From: an uncultured delta proteobacterium
Lineage (GTDB): Bacteria > Desulfobacterota > RBG-13-43-22
Assembly (NCBI GenBank): GCA_963790475.1
Contig: CAWBOS010000012.1
Location: 1,088,001-1,152,000, forward strand
Reading direction: 5' to 3'
Length of the DNA stretch: 64,000 nucleotides
Position 1 is the stretch's first letter, and each line of letters begins with the position of its first letter. The notes beneath the pieces are model-generated. The model saw only the letters and a list, made by a program, of their open reading frames with translations. It was not told the origin of the DNA and made no database searches. Shown here one piece after another: positions 1-9,692 of the stretch. Both the position numbers and the translations under genes were made by a program.

Positions 1-238
1 GTGTCTCTGTGGTGAAAAGAGTTTCAAAAGGCTAAAGTGATTCAAAAAGTAACTTTTCCGGCTTGTCCGGGTTGGGAAAGACGGGATAGAAAATATTTGC
101 TGTCCCTATTTTCCTCTGAGGATTTTTCGGAGAATACCGGTTTGCTCTACAGCTTCTTGATGATTGCGGCGGCTTTGTTGTGCTTCTTGAGATACTGAAG
201 CCCAGCGTAGAGGCCGCTGCGATCTCCGCATCGCCCCG

Positions 239-655
239 AAGCACGTCCAGCAAGCTTTCGTCATTGAACGGGAAGTCCTCGATAAAAAAAATGGCCGACG
301 CTCCCAAGAGGTCGCTTATGGGATCACCAGCCGCCCCTCGGATCAAGCCAATCCCCAGTCCATCCTCAACACCAATCGCGGTCACTGGTGTATCGAAAAC
401 AGCTGCCATTATATCCTTGATTGGAACTATGATGAGGACCGTTGCCGTATACGGACCGGCCACGGCCCAGAAAATATCTCCCGTCTCCGTCGTTTTGCTA
501 TCGGTATCATTAAATCCAAGGAGCTCGCAGCGTCGCCCAGAAAATGCGTCAGCTTACTCGTAATCCCCGCTTGGTTTGCGATTATTTGCGCTTAACAAAA
601 AACGCTTGCGCCCTTTCCCATTAATGATTATTTTGCTTAGAACAAATTTACCGTG
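239..655 (+). pseudogene. ISAs1-family transposase 3' remnant with putative right end
   Basis: A frame not in the ORF track reads ...AYGITSRP...NRGHWCIENSCHYILDWNYDEDRCRIRTGHGPENISRLRRFAIG, carrying the ISAs1 RxHWxIEN..H..D...ED..R motif. No start codon; frameshift near 518; stop at 622-624; end-like AGAACAAATTTACCGTG at 639-655. Confidence 0.8.
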
Positions 656-712
656 TTCTAAAATTGAAGGGAGATTGATTTAATAATAAAAATCGGCTAT
701 AATCTCCCCCTT

Positions 713-1600
713 ATGAAAACCAAGAATCCTTTTGAAACTTTGGGGATCACCCCGGCCATGGTTCGGGCTCTGGCCGGGAAGGAGCTTTTTCCCCTAGTCA
801 AGGCTTCCTATCGGGCCCTAATGCTCATTTATCACCCGGATCGATCTCCATTACACGACCAGGAATTAAAAATTCAAAGGACTAAGAAAGTCGCTGAGAT
901 CAACCTGGCTTTTGAAAAATTGGATCACGACCGCAACCCGGCTTCTCTCGAGCATTATCAACAGTTATATGCCCGTCGGGTCGGGGAAGGATGGAAAAAA
1001 ACCCTCCGCCAGTTAAATCGGGAGATTCTGGACCTCAATGCCGAGAATGAAAACCTCTCCGAGGGATACCTCCGTCATCTATTGGACCCCTGTTTCCCGG
1101 ACCAGTCGGGACCGGTCTCGGGCCTATCCAATATCTTCCACCTTAAAAATCGGATAGTGGGGTTACAGGACATAGCCATCAATCATAATGTTCGTTCTCT
1201 AACCTGGATGTTAGGGACCAACTATAAAGAAATCAAATTTGATTCCGAAGGGAAGATGTTTTATAAACTGCCTTGCCGAAAACGGAGTATCCCGGTTAAT
1301 TTTATTAAACTCCTGGGAACGGTGGATAAAGACAAAGTGGACTTGATTCCCTTGCTGGATCGGGTGATCCCCAAAGATCAAGAGGTTCAAGCGGAAAAAT
1401 GGAAGAAAGGCGCCCCTGAAAACCTTAAATGTTTTGATGTCCTGAACAGTATGTCGGCGGAGAAATTCCGCCGGCACTGCCTTCCATTTTTAAAGCCTGA
1501 TATGAGCGAAGGGTCCTTTCTGTTTTCCCTTCACCGGAATACCGCTCAGGAAAAACGGATCAACCTGGAAGGGCTCATTATCCGAAACCATCCCGCTTGA
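713..1600 (+). CDS. J-domain (DnaJ-like) protein with unknown C-terminal domain
   Basis: N-terminal NPFETLGI...KASYRALMLIYHPD...INLAFEKL = J domain with HPD motif. Confidence 0.75.
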   Translation: MKTKNPFETLGITPAMVRALAGKELFPLVKASYRALMLIYHPDRSPLHDQELKIQRTKKVAEINLAFEKLDHDRNPASLEHYQQLYARRVGEGWKKTLRQLNREILDLNAENENLSEGYLRHLLDPCFPDQSGPVSGLSNIFHLKNRIVGLQDIAINHNVRSLTWMLGTNYKEIKFDSEGKMFYKLPCRKRSIPVNFIKLLGTVDKDKVDLIPLLDRVIPKDQEVQAEKWKKGAPENLKCFDVLNSMSAEKFRRHCLPFLKPDMSEGSFLFSLHRNTAQEKRINLEGLIIRNHPA

Positions 1601-1730
1601 AGAGACCTTTGAATAACATTCCCTTTTGTCCAATCTCTTCGTCAGACTCAAATCTTAATTCCCGAAATACTAATTGACAAATATCCAACCGTAAGGAAGA
1701 AAGAAAAGGAAAAATTTTTCAGAGACATTT

Positions 1731-2696
1731 ATGGAACCCGCATACCTCAAGCTTTGGTATTCTGGAGAACTCAAGAAGAGGGCCGTGGCCGCAGGGGACC
1801 TTTTATCTTCCTGCTCCCTCTGCCCCCGGAGTTGCCAGGTGAACCGGCTGATAGGAGAAAAAGGTTTTTGCGGGCAAGGCCTGAAGGCTAAGGTGGCCCG
1901 GGCCTTGCCCCATTTCGGGGAGGAGCCCCCTCTTTCCGGCAGCCGGGGAGCCGGAACGGTCTTTTTTTCCGGTTGCGCCCTGCGATGCCTGTACTGTCAG
2001 AATTTTCAGATCAGCCAGGAAGGAATCGGGGAAGAACTGGTCCCGGAAGATCTGGCCGGCATCTTTTTGGATTTACAAACTCAAGGGTGTCATAATCTTG
2101 ATCTGGTTTCTCCCACACCCCATCTGCCTTTTATCCTTTCCGCCCTGGAGACAGCTATTTCTCAAGGATTTCGGTTGCCGATCGTTTATAACACCCATGG
2201 GTATCTTTCGGAGACTGCTTTAGACCTGCTGGAAGGGATCGTGGATATCTTTCTGCCGGACATGAAATATGGGGAGAAGGAGACGGCGGCCCGATTATCT
2301 CAGGTCGAAGATTATCCCTATTACAACCAGACCGCTATCAGACAGATGTTCCGGCAGGTCGGGTCATTAAAAATCGATGAACAAGGGATCGGCTGGCGCG
2401 GTCTTTTGGTCCGTCATTTAATTCTGCCTGAAAAAAATAAAAATAGTCTGGAGGTGATCAAAGTCCTGGCCTCTATTTCTACAGAGATCCCGATCAGTCT
2501 GATGGCCCAGTATCGGCCTTGCTTCAAAAGCGATGAGGTTTCTGAAATCAACCGGCCAATACACCCCGGAGAGTATGGCAAAGTGGTCACCTTTGCCGAA
2601 AACTTGGGTTTTGAAGAAATCCATGTACAGGATTTGGACAGCGCCGAAATATATAATCCGGATTTTTCCAGGAATAACCCCTTTACCAAGGAATAA
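1731..2696 (+). CDS. PflX-like radical SAM protein
   Basis: CSLCPRSCQVNR, HFGEEPPLSG, and CALRCLYCQN (CxxxCxxC) motifs. Confidence 0.85.
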   Translation: MEPAYLKLWYSGELKKRAVAAGDLLSSCSLCPRSCQVNRLIGEKGFCGQGLKAKVARALPHFGEEPPLSGSRGAGTVFFSGCALRCLYCQNFQISQEGIGEELVPEDLAGIFLDLQTQGCHNLDLVSPTPHLPFILSALETAISQGFRLPIVYNTHGYLSETALDLLEGIVDIFLPDMKYGEKETAARLSQVEDYPYYNQTAIRQMFRQVGSLKIDEQGIGWRGLLVRHLILPEKNKNSLEVIKVLASISTEIPISLMAQYRPCFKSDEVSEINRPIHPGEYGKVVTFAENLGFEEIHVQDLDSAEIYNPDFSRNNPFTKE

Positions 2697-2724
2697 GAAA
2701 AATGGTATTCCTTTAGTTGATTTA

Positions 2725-3402
2725 GAAACCCCCGCCCTAAGGGCGGGGTCATGTGGACTGGCTATGCCGGTCCCGAATGGGCTTGGCTGAAAGCCCACCC
2801 ACTGCTATTTTTTCCATCGAGTTGTTGCCGCAACATCGAAAGAAAGGAGATAGCAGTGAGTAGATTCCGAAAATTATCACATACCATATGGCATTGTCAG
2901 TATCATATTGTCTGGGTTCCGAAATATCGCTATCAGATATTGGCTGGGAACATCGGGGAAACGATGGCCAGCGGGATCCAAGCGATTTGCGGGTATGCGG
3001 GTTGTGAAGTTAACGAGTTGAATGTTCAAAAGGATCATATTCATCTGGTAGCCATGGTTCCGCCCGAAGTATCGATATCGGACTTGATGGGGCGGGTCAA
3101 GGGTCAGACATCGATGAAAATGTTTAACCAGTATCGGCAGTTGCGGAAGAAGCCGTATTGGGGTAATCATTTTTGGACCCCGGGGTATTGTGTGGATACC
3201 GTTGGAATGGATGAGGAACTGATCCGGAAGTATGTCCGGTATCAAGAGGAAAAAGAAAAACAGTTCGAACAATTGCACTTGAATTTGTAGATCATCCATA
3301 ACGCGGCACAACTCGGAAGCCCTGCCTCCTCAGGGGGCAGGGCCATTGCCCCCCTATGGGGGGCCCAGTTAAAGCCACGCCCTATGGGCGTGGATTATTT
3401 AC
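2725..3402 (+). mobile_element. IS200-type insertion sequence (TnpA only); ends approximate
   Basis: Left hairpin CCCCGCCC-TAA-GGGCGGGG (2730-2748), tnpA, then three right-end hairpins (3319-3343, 3348-3364, 3375-3393). Confidence 0.8.
2856..3290 (+). CDS. tnpA: IS200/IS605 family Y1 transposase
   Basis: YHIVWVPKYR, HUH motif DHIHL, FWTPGY, catalytic YVRYQ; GTG start after AGGAG RBS. Confidence 0.93.
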   Translation: MSRFRKLSHTIWHCQYHIVWVPKYRYQILAGNIGETMASGIQAICGYAGCEVNELNVQKDHIHLVAMVPPEVSISDLMGRVKGQTSMKMFNQYRQLRKKPYWGNHFWTPGYCVDTVGMDEELIRKYVRYQEEKEKQFEQLHLNL

Positions 3403-3537
3403 TTTGCTGAAATTCAAAATGTTTTCTTAGATAATTTTTTTCATAAGTCTAAAGCATGACGATAATAGGTTGACAGGTGAAAAAAACCAGGTAAAATTAA
3501 CTAATAAGAACTTCCATTTCAACCCGTGAGGTGCACT

Positions 3538-3996
3538 ATGGTATCCATCAAAAAAATCGCTTTTTGTACCGATTTTTCGGAAAATGCGGACCAGGCCTTT
3601 GACATGGCCTTTGACCTGACCCAGAAATATCAGGCCCAGTTACTGCTGATTCATGTGGTTCCGCCCCTGGTCTTTCCATCTCCGGTAATGGAGGATTTTA
3701 TTTCTGAACAAGCCAGTCTGCAATTTTCAGAGGATGCCATTCAACGGGCCATGGAGCAGATTGATAAAAACTATATTGGAAAGATGGGTGATTACAAGAA
3801 TAGCTTGGTTCGGGTCCTTTCCGGACATCCGGCCAGTGAGATTTTAAATTTCGTGGATCAAGAAAATGTAGATCTGGTGGTCATGGGCACTCATGGATTT
3901 ACCGGACTGGCTCACTTCTTCCTGGGAAGCACCGCGGAAAAGGTAGTCCGCCGGGCCGACTGTTCGGTGTTGACCGTACACCAGTGTAAGAAATAA
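3538..3996 (+). CDS. Universal stress protein (UspA family)
   Basis: TDFSENA, DLVVMGTHG, LGSTAEKVVRRA motifs. Confidence 0.92.
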   Translation: MVSIKKIAFCTDFSENADQAFDMAFDLTQKYQAQLLLIHVVPPLVFPSPVMEDFISEQASLQFSEDAIQRAMEQIDKNYIGKMGDYKNSLVRVLSGHPASEILNFVDQENVDLVVMGTHGFTGLAHFFLGSTAEKVVRRADCSVLTVHQCKK

Positions 3997-4086
3997 ATAA
4001 CGAACTGGAAAACCCTGGCAACCCGCCGGGCAGCGATAACCGGCAACCAACAATCTTTGAATCGTGGTACCTACGAAGAGAAAATA

Positions 4087-5958
4087 ATGGGTAGCCGAAC
4101 CTGGCCGGATGAATACCTGCAAAAACGTACTTCGCCTCAAGAGGCTATCCGGCGACTTCACTCAGGCCAAAGGGTATTTATCGGGACGGCTTGCGGAGAA
4201 CCGCAGTGTCTGGTCAAAGAACTTGCCGCTCAGTCCGGACGTTTTGCCGATCTGGAGATCATACAACTTTACAGTCAGGAAGTCTCCCCCCTGACCCTGA
4301 TCGCCGATCAAACCGAATCCAATTGTTTCACCCTTCGTTCCTTTTATCTGGGTTCAGCCAAACCCAGGATCCTGGCCAAGGATAAACGATTTCTATCCCC
4401 CATCAATCTGTCGGCCTTGCCCCGCCTGCTGAAGAGCCGTCAGCTTCCGATTCACGCGGCCTTGATCCAGGTTTCTCCCCCCGATGATTTCGGCTGGATG
4501 AGTCTGGGGATTTCCGTGGATGTGACCATGGCCGCGGCCCAGGGAGCCGATCTGGTGATCGCCCAGGTCAACCCTCGAATGCCGAGGGTTATGGGACGCA
4601 GCTTTATTCATGTCAATGAGGTGGATGTGCTCGTTGAATACGAAGAGGAGCTGTTGACCGTCAAGACGCCTCCGGAATTGGATTCGGCCTTCCAGATAGG
4701 ACGTCATGTGGCCCAACTGATCGATGACGGGTCCACCCTTCAAGTAGGTCTGGGAATAATTCCTCAGGCGATCCTGGAATCCCTGGATGAAAAAAAAGAC
4801 CTGGGTATCCATACCCCGGTTCTGACCGATGGGATCCTCTATCTGGTGGCCAAAGGGGCGATTACCAATCGGGCCAAAGGATTTAACGAGGGCAAGCTGG
4901 TGGCCAGCGGGGCCATTGGATCCCGCGATTTGTATGACTTTCTTGATGATAATCCCAGTATCGAATTTTTCCCTTCTGATTATGTCAATAATCCGGTTAA
5001 CATCTCCCGCCTTCACAAGATGGTGGCTTTGAATGTGGCCATGACCATCGATCTCACCGGTCAGGTCGGCGCCGACGCCCTTCCCTATACCCATTATTCG
5101 GGGGTTTCCGACATGATGGATTTTATCCGAGGGGCCGCCCAATCAGAAGACGGGAAATCCATCCTGATGCTGCCTTCAACCACCCTGGACGGGAAAAGCA
5201 GCCGCATTGTTTCCAGTCTGGAACGAATTGCGGTGGTGGTCCCCCGAGGGGATGCCCATTTTGTAGTCACCGAATTCGGGGTGGCCAATCTTTTTGGGAA
5301 AAACCTGCAGGAGCGGGCCCTGGCCTTGATTGGAATTGCCCACCCCGATTTCCGGGAATCCCTTTTTAGGGAAGCCAAAGCCCTGGGTCTTTTGGGAACA
5401 GAACGAAATCTGTCCCACTCGATCTGCGGTATATACCCTTATGAAACGGAAGAGATATTGGAGATTGACGGACACCCGGTTTTCTTTCGCCCGGCCAAAC
5501 CCGTTGATGAACGGTTGATTCAGGAACATTTTTACAATATGGACAAAGAGGATGTGGCCGCCCGATTTCTTCAGGAAAAGCTGATTTTTTCGCGTAAGGA
5601 ATTATCCGGTATGGTTCAGGTAGATTACCTCAATGAGATGGCCATGGTGGCGGTTATTGGAGAATTGGGGTTTGAAAGGGTAATCGGAGTTGGAGGATAT
5701 TTTCTGGTTCAAGCCCAAAATATAGTCGAGGCGGCCTTTTCAGTCCTTAAAACCTGGCAAAAAAAAGGGATCGGCACTGTTCTTTTAAAAAAGCTGGCCA
5801 AGGTGGCCCGGGATCAGGGCGTTGCCGGTTTCTTTGTCTACACCCAGCCCAAAAATCAGGGCATGATCAGGTTATTCCGAAAAATGCCCCATCCGGTGAC
5901 CGCGACCTATGAAGAAGACATGTTGTTGTTGACCTGCAGGCTTGACGAGACGCCTTGA
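4087..5958 (+). CDS. Acetyl-CoA hydrolase/transferase with C-terminal GNAT domain
   Basis: ACGEP, VSPPDDFG, DGSTLQVGLG, VVTEFGVANL, IAHPDFRE; C-terminal WQKKGIGTVLL acetyl-CoA-binding motif. Confidence 0.88.
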   Translation: MGSRTWPDEYLQKRTSPQEAIRRLHSGQRVFIGTACGEPQCLVKELAAQSGRFADLEIIQLYSQEVSPLTLIADQTESNCFTLRSFYLGSAKPRILAKDKRFLSPINLSALPRLLKSRQLPIHAALIQVSPPDDFGWMSLGISVDVTMAAAQGADLVIAQVNPRMPRVMGRSFIHVNEVDVLVEYEEELLTVKTPPELDSAFQIGRHVAQLIDDGSTLQVGLGIIPQAILESLDEKKDLGIHTPVLTDGILYLVAKGAITNRAKGFNEGKLVASGAIGSRDLYDFLDDNPSIEFFPSDYVNNPVNISRLHKMVALNVAMTIDLTGQVGADALPYTHYSGVSDMMDFIRGAAQSEDGKSILMLPSTTLDGKSSRIVSSLERIAVVVPRGDAHFVVTEFGVANLFGKNLQERALALIGIAHPDFRESLFREAKALGLLGTERNLSHSICGIYPYETEEILEIDGHPVFFRPAKPVDERLIQEHFYNMDKEDVAARFLQEKLIFSRKELSGMVQVDYLNEMAMVAVIGELGFERVIGVGGYFLVQAQNIVEAAFSVLKTWQKKGIGTVLLKKLAKVARDQGVAGFFVYTQPKNQGMIRLFRKMPHPVTATYEEDMLLLTCRLDETP

Positions 5959-6005
5959 TAGAAAAAAACGAGAGCGGAAAAATCACTCAACCTATGGAGG
6001 GAGTG

Positions 6006-6557
6006 ATGGACAAGTATTTTTTAAATTATCAGGAAGCCGCCCTGGTATTCATTGACATCCAGGAAAAACTGGCGGCAGTGATGAAGCACAAGGAACAGGT
6101 GATCGGCAACTGTCTCCATCTGATCGAGCTGGCTAAGCTTTTAGAAATTCCCATACTCCTGACGGAACAGTACCCCAAGGGTTTGGGGAAAACTCTTCCG
6201 GAAATCCAGGAGGTTTTGCCGGAGTATGCCCCCTTCGAAAAAACGGACTTTAATTCCTGCCGGGAAGAGGGATTCCTGGAAAAAGTCGTTTCTATGGGCA
6301 GGGAAAAACTGATCCTTACCGGTATGGAAGCTCATGTATGTGTTTTACAGACCGCTTTGGGACTAATAAAAGAAGGTTATGCGGTTCATGTAGTCCAGGA
6401 TGCCGTCGTTTCCAGGTACAAAAAGAATTTCAAGGTAGGGATAGAACTTATGCGGTCTGCAGGGACGGTCATCACCAGCACGGAGACGGTCTTGTTTCAA
6501 CTCCTGGAGAGGTCCGGAACCGAGCCCTTTAAGATCATCTCCAAACGGATAAGATAA
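6006..6557 (+). CDS. Isochorismatase/YcaC-family hydrolase
   Basis: IDIQEKL, TEQYPKGLG, GMEAHVCVLQT motifs. Confidence 0.9.
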   Translation: MDKYFLNYQEAALVFIDIQEKLAAVMKHKEQVIGNCLHLIELAKLLEIPILLTEQYPKGLGKTLPEIQEVLPEYAPFEKTDFNSCREEGFLEKVVSMGREKLILTGMEAHVCVLQTALGLIKEGYAVHVVQDAVVSRYKKNFKVGIELMRSAGTVITSTETVLFQLLERSGTEPFKIISKRIR

Positions 6558-6576
6558 AAAAGATTTTCCTCCTCTC

Positions 6577-6719
6577 CTAGGGTAGTGTTTCTATGTTTCC
6601 TTTACAATGTCCCTATCCCGTCATTCCCGCGAAAGCGGGAATCCAGGGTTGAAAGACTGGATTCCGGATCAAGTCCGGAATGACAAGACTGTAAAGTGAT
6701 TACGGATACACTACACTAG
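6577..6719. repeat. MITE-like element with internal REP-type palindromes
   Basis: CTAG at both ends; imperfect ~26-bp terminal inverted repeats (GGTAGTGT..CTTTACA / TGTAAAG..ACACTACA); internal GTCATTCCCGCGAAAGCGGGAATCCAG...CTGGATTCCGGATCAAGTCCGGAATGAC. Confidence 0.7.
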
Positions 6720-6757
6720 GTGGTTTTCAAAATAAGAGGATCAGGAAACCCTTCTTT

Positions 6758-7390
6758 TTAAGGTATTCCAATTATCTTGTGCACCTGCAGGCTGAGCCGC
6801 CACCTGGGGTGTTCAAGGCAATACCGGATGGTTTGTTGGGTATTCTGTTGAATATCCGGTCCATCCTTGGGCTGCAAAAAGAAAAATCTGAAATCAAGCG
6901 ATTCAAAAATCTCCGGTTCGAGGCCTTCCTGCGGAAACACCAGTTTTAATTCATCCCCCGATTGAAGTTTTAGTTCAGCTCCGGCCTTGGGGCTGACGCA
7001 GATCCAGTCAATCCCGGAAGGCGGGAGAAGGGTACCGTTGGTTTCCAGGGCAACTTCAAAGCCGAGATGGTGAAAGGCGGAGACCAAGGGTCCATCCATT
7101 TGAAGCAATGGCTCCCCACCCGTGCAGACGATCAAGGGGGTTGATTCGATTACCGGAAAGGTATCTTTCACCACCTGGGCCAGATCCACCGGGCTAAGGA
7201 ATTTTCCCCCTCGGGGCCCATTGGTTCCCAAAAAATCGGTATCGCAAAATTTACAGACCGACTTGGGCCGATCCTCTTCCCTGCCCGACCAGAGATTACA
7301 ACCGGAAAAGCGGCAAAAGACCGCCGGACGTCCGGACTGGGCCCCTTCTCCCTGGAGGGTGTAAAAAATTTCTTTAACCTTATAACTCAT
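6758..7390 (-). CDS. queE: 7-carboxy-7-deazaguanine synthase
   Basis: [10 protein letters not shown], Cx14CxxC radical SAM variant (CNLWSG...CKFCDTDF), TGGEP, LSLQVHK. Confidence 0.93.
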   Translation of the reverse strand: MSYKVKEIFYTLQGEGAQSGRPAVFCRFSGCNLWSGREEDRPKSVCKFCDTDFLGTNGPRGGKFLSPVDLAQVVKDTFPVIESTPLIVCTGGEPLLQMDGPLVSAFHHLGFEVALETNGTLLPPSGIDWICVSPKAGAELKLQSGDELKLVFPQEGLEPEIFESLDFRFFFLQPKDGPDIQQNTQQTIRYCLEHPRWRLSLQVHKIIGIP

Positions 7391-8075
7391 AGGAGGCCGG
7401 GTCCTTGATCCCCGCTTCGGCGAATCCCTTAAGTCTCAGCAGGCAGGCGTCACACTTCCCGCAGGCCTTCCCGTTCGGGGACGGGTCATAACAGGTGCTG
7501 GTCAGGCTGAAATCAATCCCCAGATCCAAACCCTTGTTTATGATCTGGGCCTTATTCAGATCAATCAGGGGCGTATGAATTTTAAATCTAATTCCCTCTA
7601 CCCCGGACTTGGTCCCCAGGTTGGCCGTTTGCTCAAACGATTGAATAAACTCCGGCCGGCAATCGGGATAGCCGCTGTAATCCAGGGCGTTAACGCCGAT
7701 AAAAATATCCCCGGTCCCTAAGACCTCAGCCCAAGCCAGGGCCAGGGATAGAAAAATGGTATTGCGGGCTGGAACATAAGTAATCGGGATATCCCTCGAT
7801 ATTTGTTGCAGGCCACGGTCCTTGGGGACATCGATTTCCGCGGTCAAGGCCGAACCGCCAAAAGAGCTTAGGGCCAAATCAAAAATCTTGTGCTGGGTGA
7901 CCTGAAAATGAATAGCGATCCGCCGGGCGGCTTCGATTTCCACCTGATGGCGTTGGCCATAACGAAAGGTTAGGGCATACAGGTCATACCCCTGACTTTT
8001 GGCTACGGCCAGAGTGGTAGTGGAATCCAGGCCCCCGCTCAGCAGGACCACAGCTTTTGGTTTTTGTGTGTCCAT
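7380..8075 (-). CDS. queC: 7-cyano-7-deazaguanine synthase
   Basis: [27 protein letters not shown] motifs. Confidence 0.95.
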   Translation of the reverse strand: MDTQKPKAVVLLSGGLDSTTTLAVAKSQGYDLYALTFRYGQRHQVEIEAARRIAIHFQVTQHKIFDLALSSFGGSALTAEIDVPKDRGLQQISRDIPITYVPARNTIFLSLALAWAEVLGTGDIFIGVNALDYSGYPDCRPEFIQSFEQTANLGTKSGVEGIRFKIHTPLIDLNKAQIINKGLDLGIDFSLTSTCYDPSPNGKACGKCDACLLRLKGFAEAGIKDPASYEL

Positions 8076-8324
8076 CAGTCATAGTCTACCCATGTCGGGT
8101 TAAAAATGCAAGAAGGCCTCGTTGTGATTTGTATCTGCCTTTGACGGGCCGACGTGGCATAGAAGGATGTCTTCCCGAAGATATTGGAGATCAGAGCCGA
8201 TCTCCCGCGGAACCCTTGTCGGAAAAATCGACAAAAAGGTATTGAGAAAAGAGACCGGCGAAAGATTGAACAGGAAATTACCGGAGGGGCCACCTGACTA
8301 ACAAAGTTAAAGGGATAAAAAAAG

Positions 8325-8516
8325 TCATTCGCCCGGTTTCTGAGGCACGGTAAAAAAAGAGAACAGGAATTCGCCGTCCTTGGGAGAGAGGTTGAACCTT
8401 TTCCCGGCTTCGTCAATCAGTTCGGCCAGAGGCGGCCTGGGAGCCAATTCTCGCTGTTCGCTGATCCAGCGAACGGCCTTTCGCAGCAATTCCCCTTCAG
8501 GTAACGGGACAGTCAT
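8325..8516 (-). CDS. Small hypothetical protein
   Basis: MTVPLPEGELLRKAVRWISEQ...RFNLSPKD; AGGAG RBS upstream. Confidence 0.65.
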   Translation of the reverse strand: MTVPLPEGELLRKAVRWISEQRELAPRPPLAELIDEAGKRFNLSPKDGEFLFSFFTVPQKPGE

Positions 8517-8840
8517 AAAATTTCTCCTTTTTGGCAATATTGCTTTTGTTGATTGACCTCTCAGCCAACAATTATTTCACTATATCACAGATAAAAGGGT
8601 TCAAAAAGGAAAAGTTTGAGAAAGGGATGGTGACCGCTTCTGGGGGACCACCGCATTGTCTAAAAAGGTCCAAAAATCCTCAAAACCACCTCTTAGTTGA
8701 TGGCATCAAGAGGAGTATAGAGAAGTTGAAGAAAGGTTAGTGACAAAGAAGAGGGAAAATGGGTAAAATACCTTCCACGCCTCTTGAACAAGTTTCACCC
8801 TAAACAAAGTAAGAACAGACCCTCACGGGGAGGTGAGGAG

Positions 8841-9626
8841 ATGAAACAAGGCAATCGCATTCCAATCCGGCGGGTATCCGCCGGGCTAATGATCCTTCTG
8901 CTGGTCTTCCCAGGTGTGATTCATCCTCAATCTTCCCGGGTCATTGAGGTCGGGAGGTTTTCGGCTGAGAAACCGGGAGATATTCTACCCTCCGGCTGGA
9001 AGCCTTTGACCTTCAAGAATATCGAAAAGCATACTCGGTACAGCTTGGTTAAAGATGGAGAGGCGACCGTGGTTAAGGCCGTGTCCGAGGCCTCAGCCTC
9101 CGGTCTTATCCGAGAGATGACTATCAATCCTCGGGAGTACCCCATCGTCCAATGGCGATGGAAAGTGGAGAACGTCCTGACCAAGGGGGATGTTCACCGC
9201 AAAGGGGGTGACGACTACCCGGCCCGGATTTACATTGCCTTCGAGTACGACGCCAGTAAGCTCAGCCTCTTGGAAAGGGCTGAAGATGAAGTCATAAAAC
9301 TGTTTTACGGTCAATACCCGCCTCGGGGGGCAATCAACTATATCTGGGAAAGCAAGGCCCCTTTGGGCACAATCGTTTCCAATCCCTTTACCCGCCGGAT
9401 AAAGATGATCATCGTGGAGAGTGGAGCGGAGAAACTCAACCAGTGGGTGAGTGAGGAACGTAATGTTTACGAAGACTACCTGAAGGCTTTCGGAGAGGAG
9501 CCTCTGATGATATCTGGTGTGGCGATCATGACCGACACAGACAATACGGGCGAATCGGCAATCGCCTATTATGGGGATATCCAATTTACAAAAGATCCGA
9601 CCAGGCTTGAAGGTGGAGGGAAATAA
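8841..9626 (+). CDS. DUF3047-like exported protein
   Basis: Signal peptide; WRWKV, GDDYPARIY, INYIWES, AIMTDTDNTG motifs. Confidence 0.8.
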   Translation: MKQGNRIPIRRVSAGLMILLLVFPGVIHPQSSRVIEVGRFSAEKPGDILPSGWKPLTFKNIEKHTRYSLVKDGEATVVKAVSEASASGLIREMTINPREYPIVQWRWKVENVLTKGDVHRKGGDDYPARIYIAFEYDASKLSLLERAEDEVIKLFYGQYPPRGAINYIWESKAPLGTIVSNPFTRRIKMIIVESGAEKLNQWVSEERNVYEDYLKAFGEEPLMISGVAIMTDTDNTGESAIAYYGDIQFTKDPTRLEGGGK

Positions 9627-9692
9627 TATTATCAGGGATCTGGAAGGGGGCCTCCAAACCATCTGCCATTAACTGAATAAAAGGAATAGTCC

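Noticed and set aside
32-563. ORFs 32-463(-) and 180-563(+)
   Set aside because: Shadow frames of the ISAs1 remnant.
8075-8324. Possible queD gene or preQ1 riboswitch upstream of queC
   Set aside because: No QueD motif in the frames examined and no recognisable preQ1 consensus.
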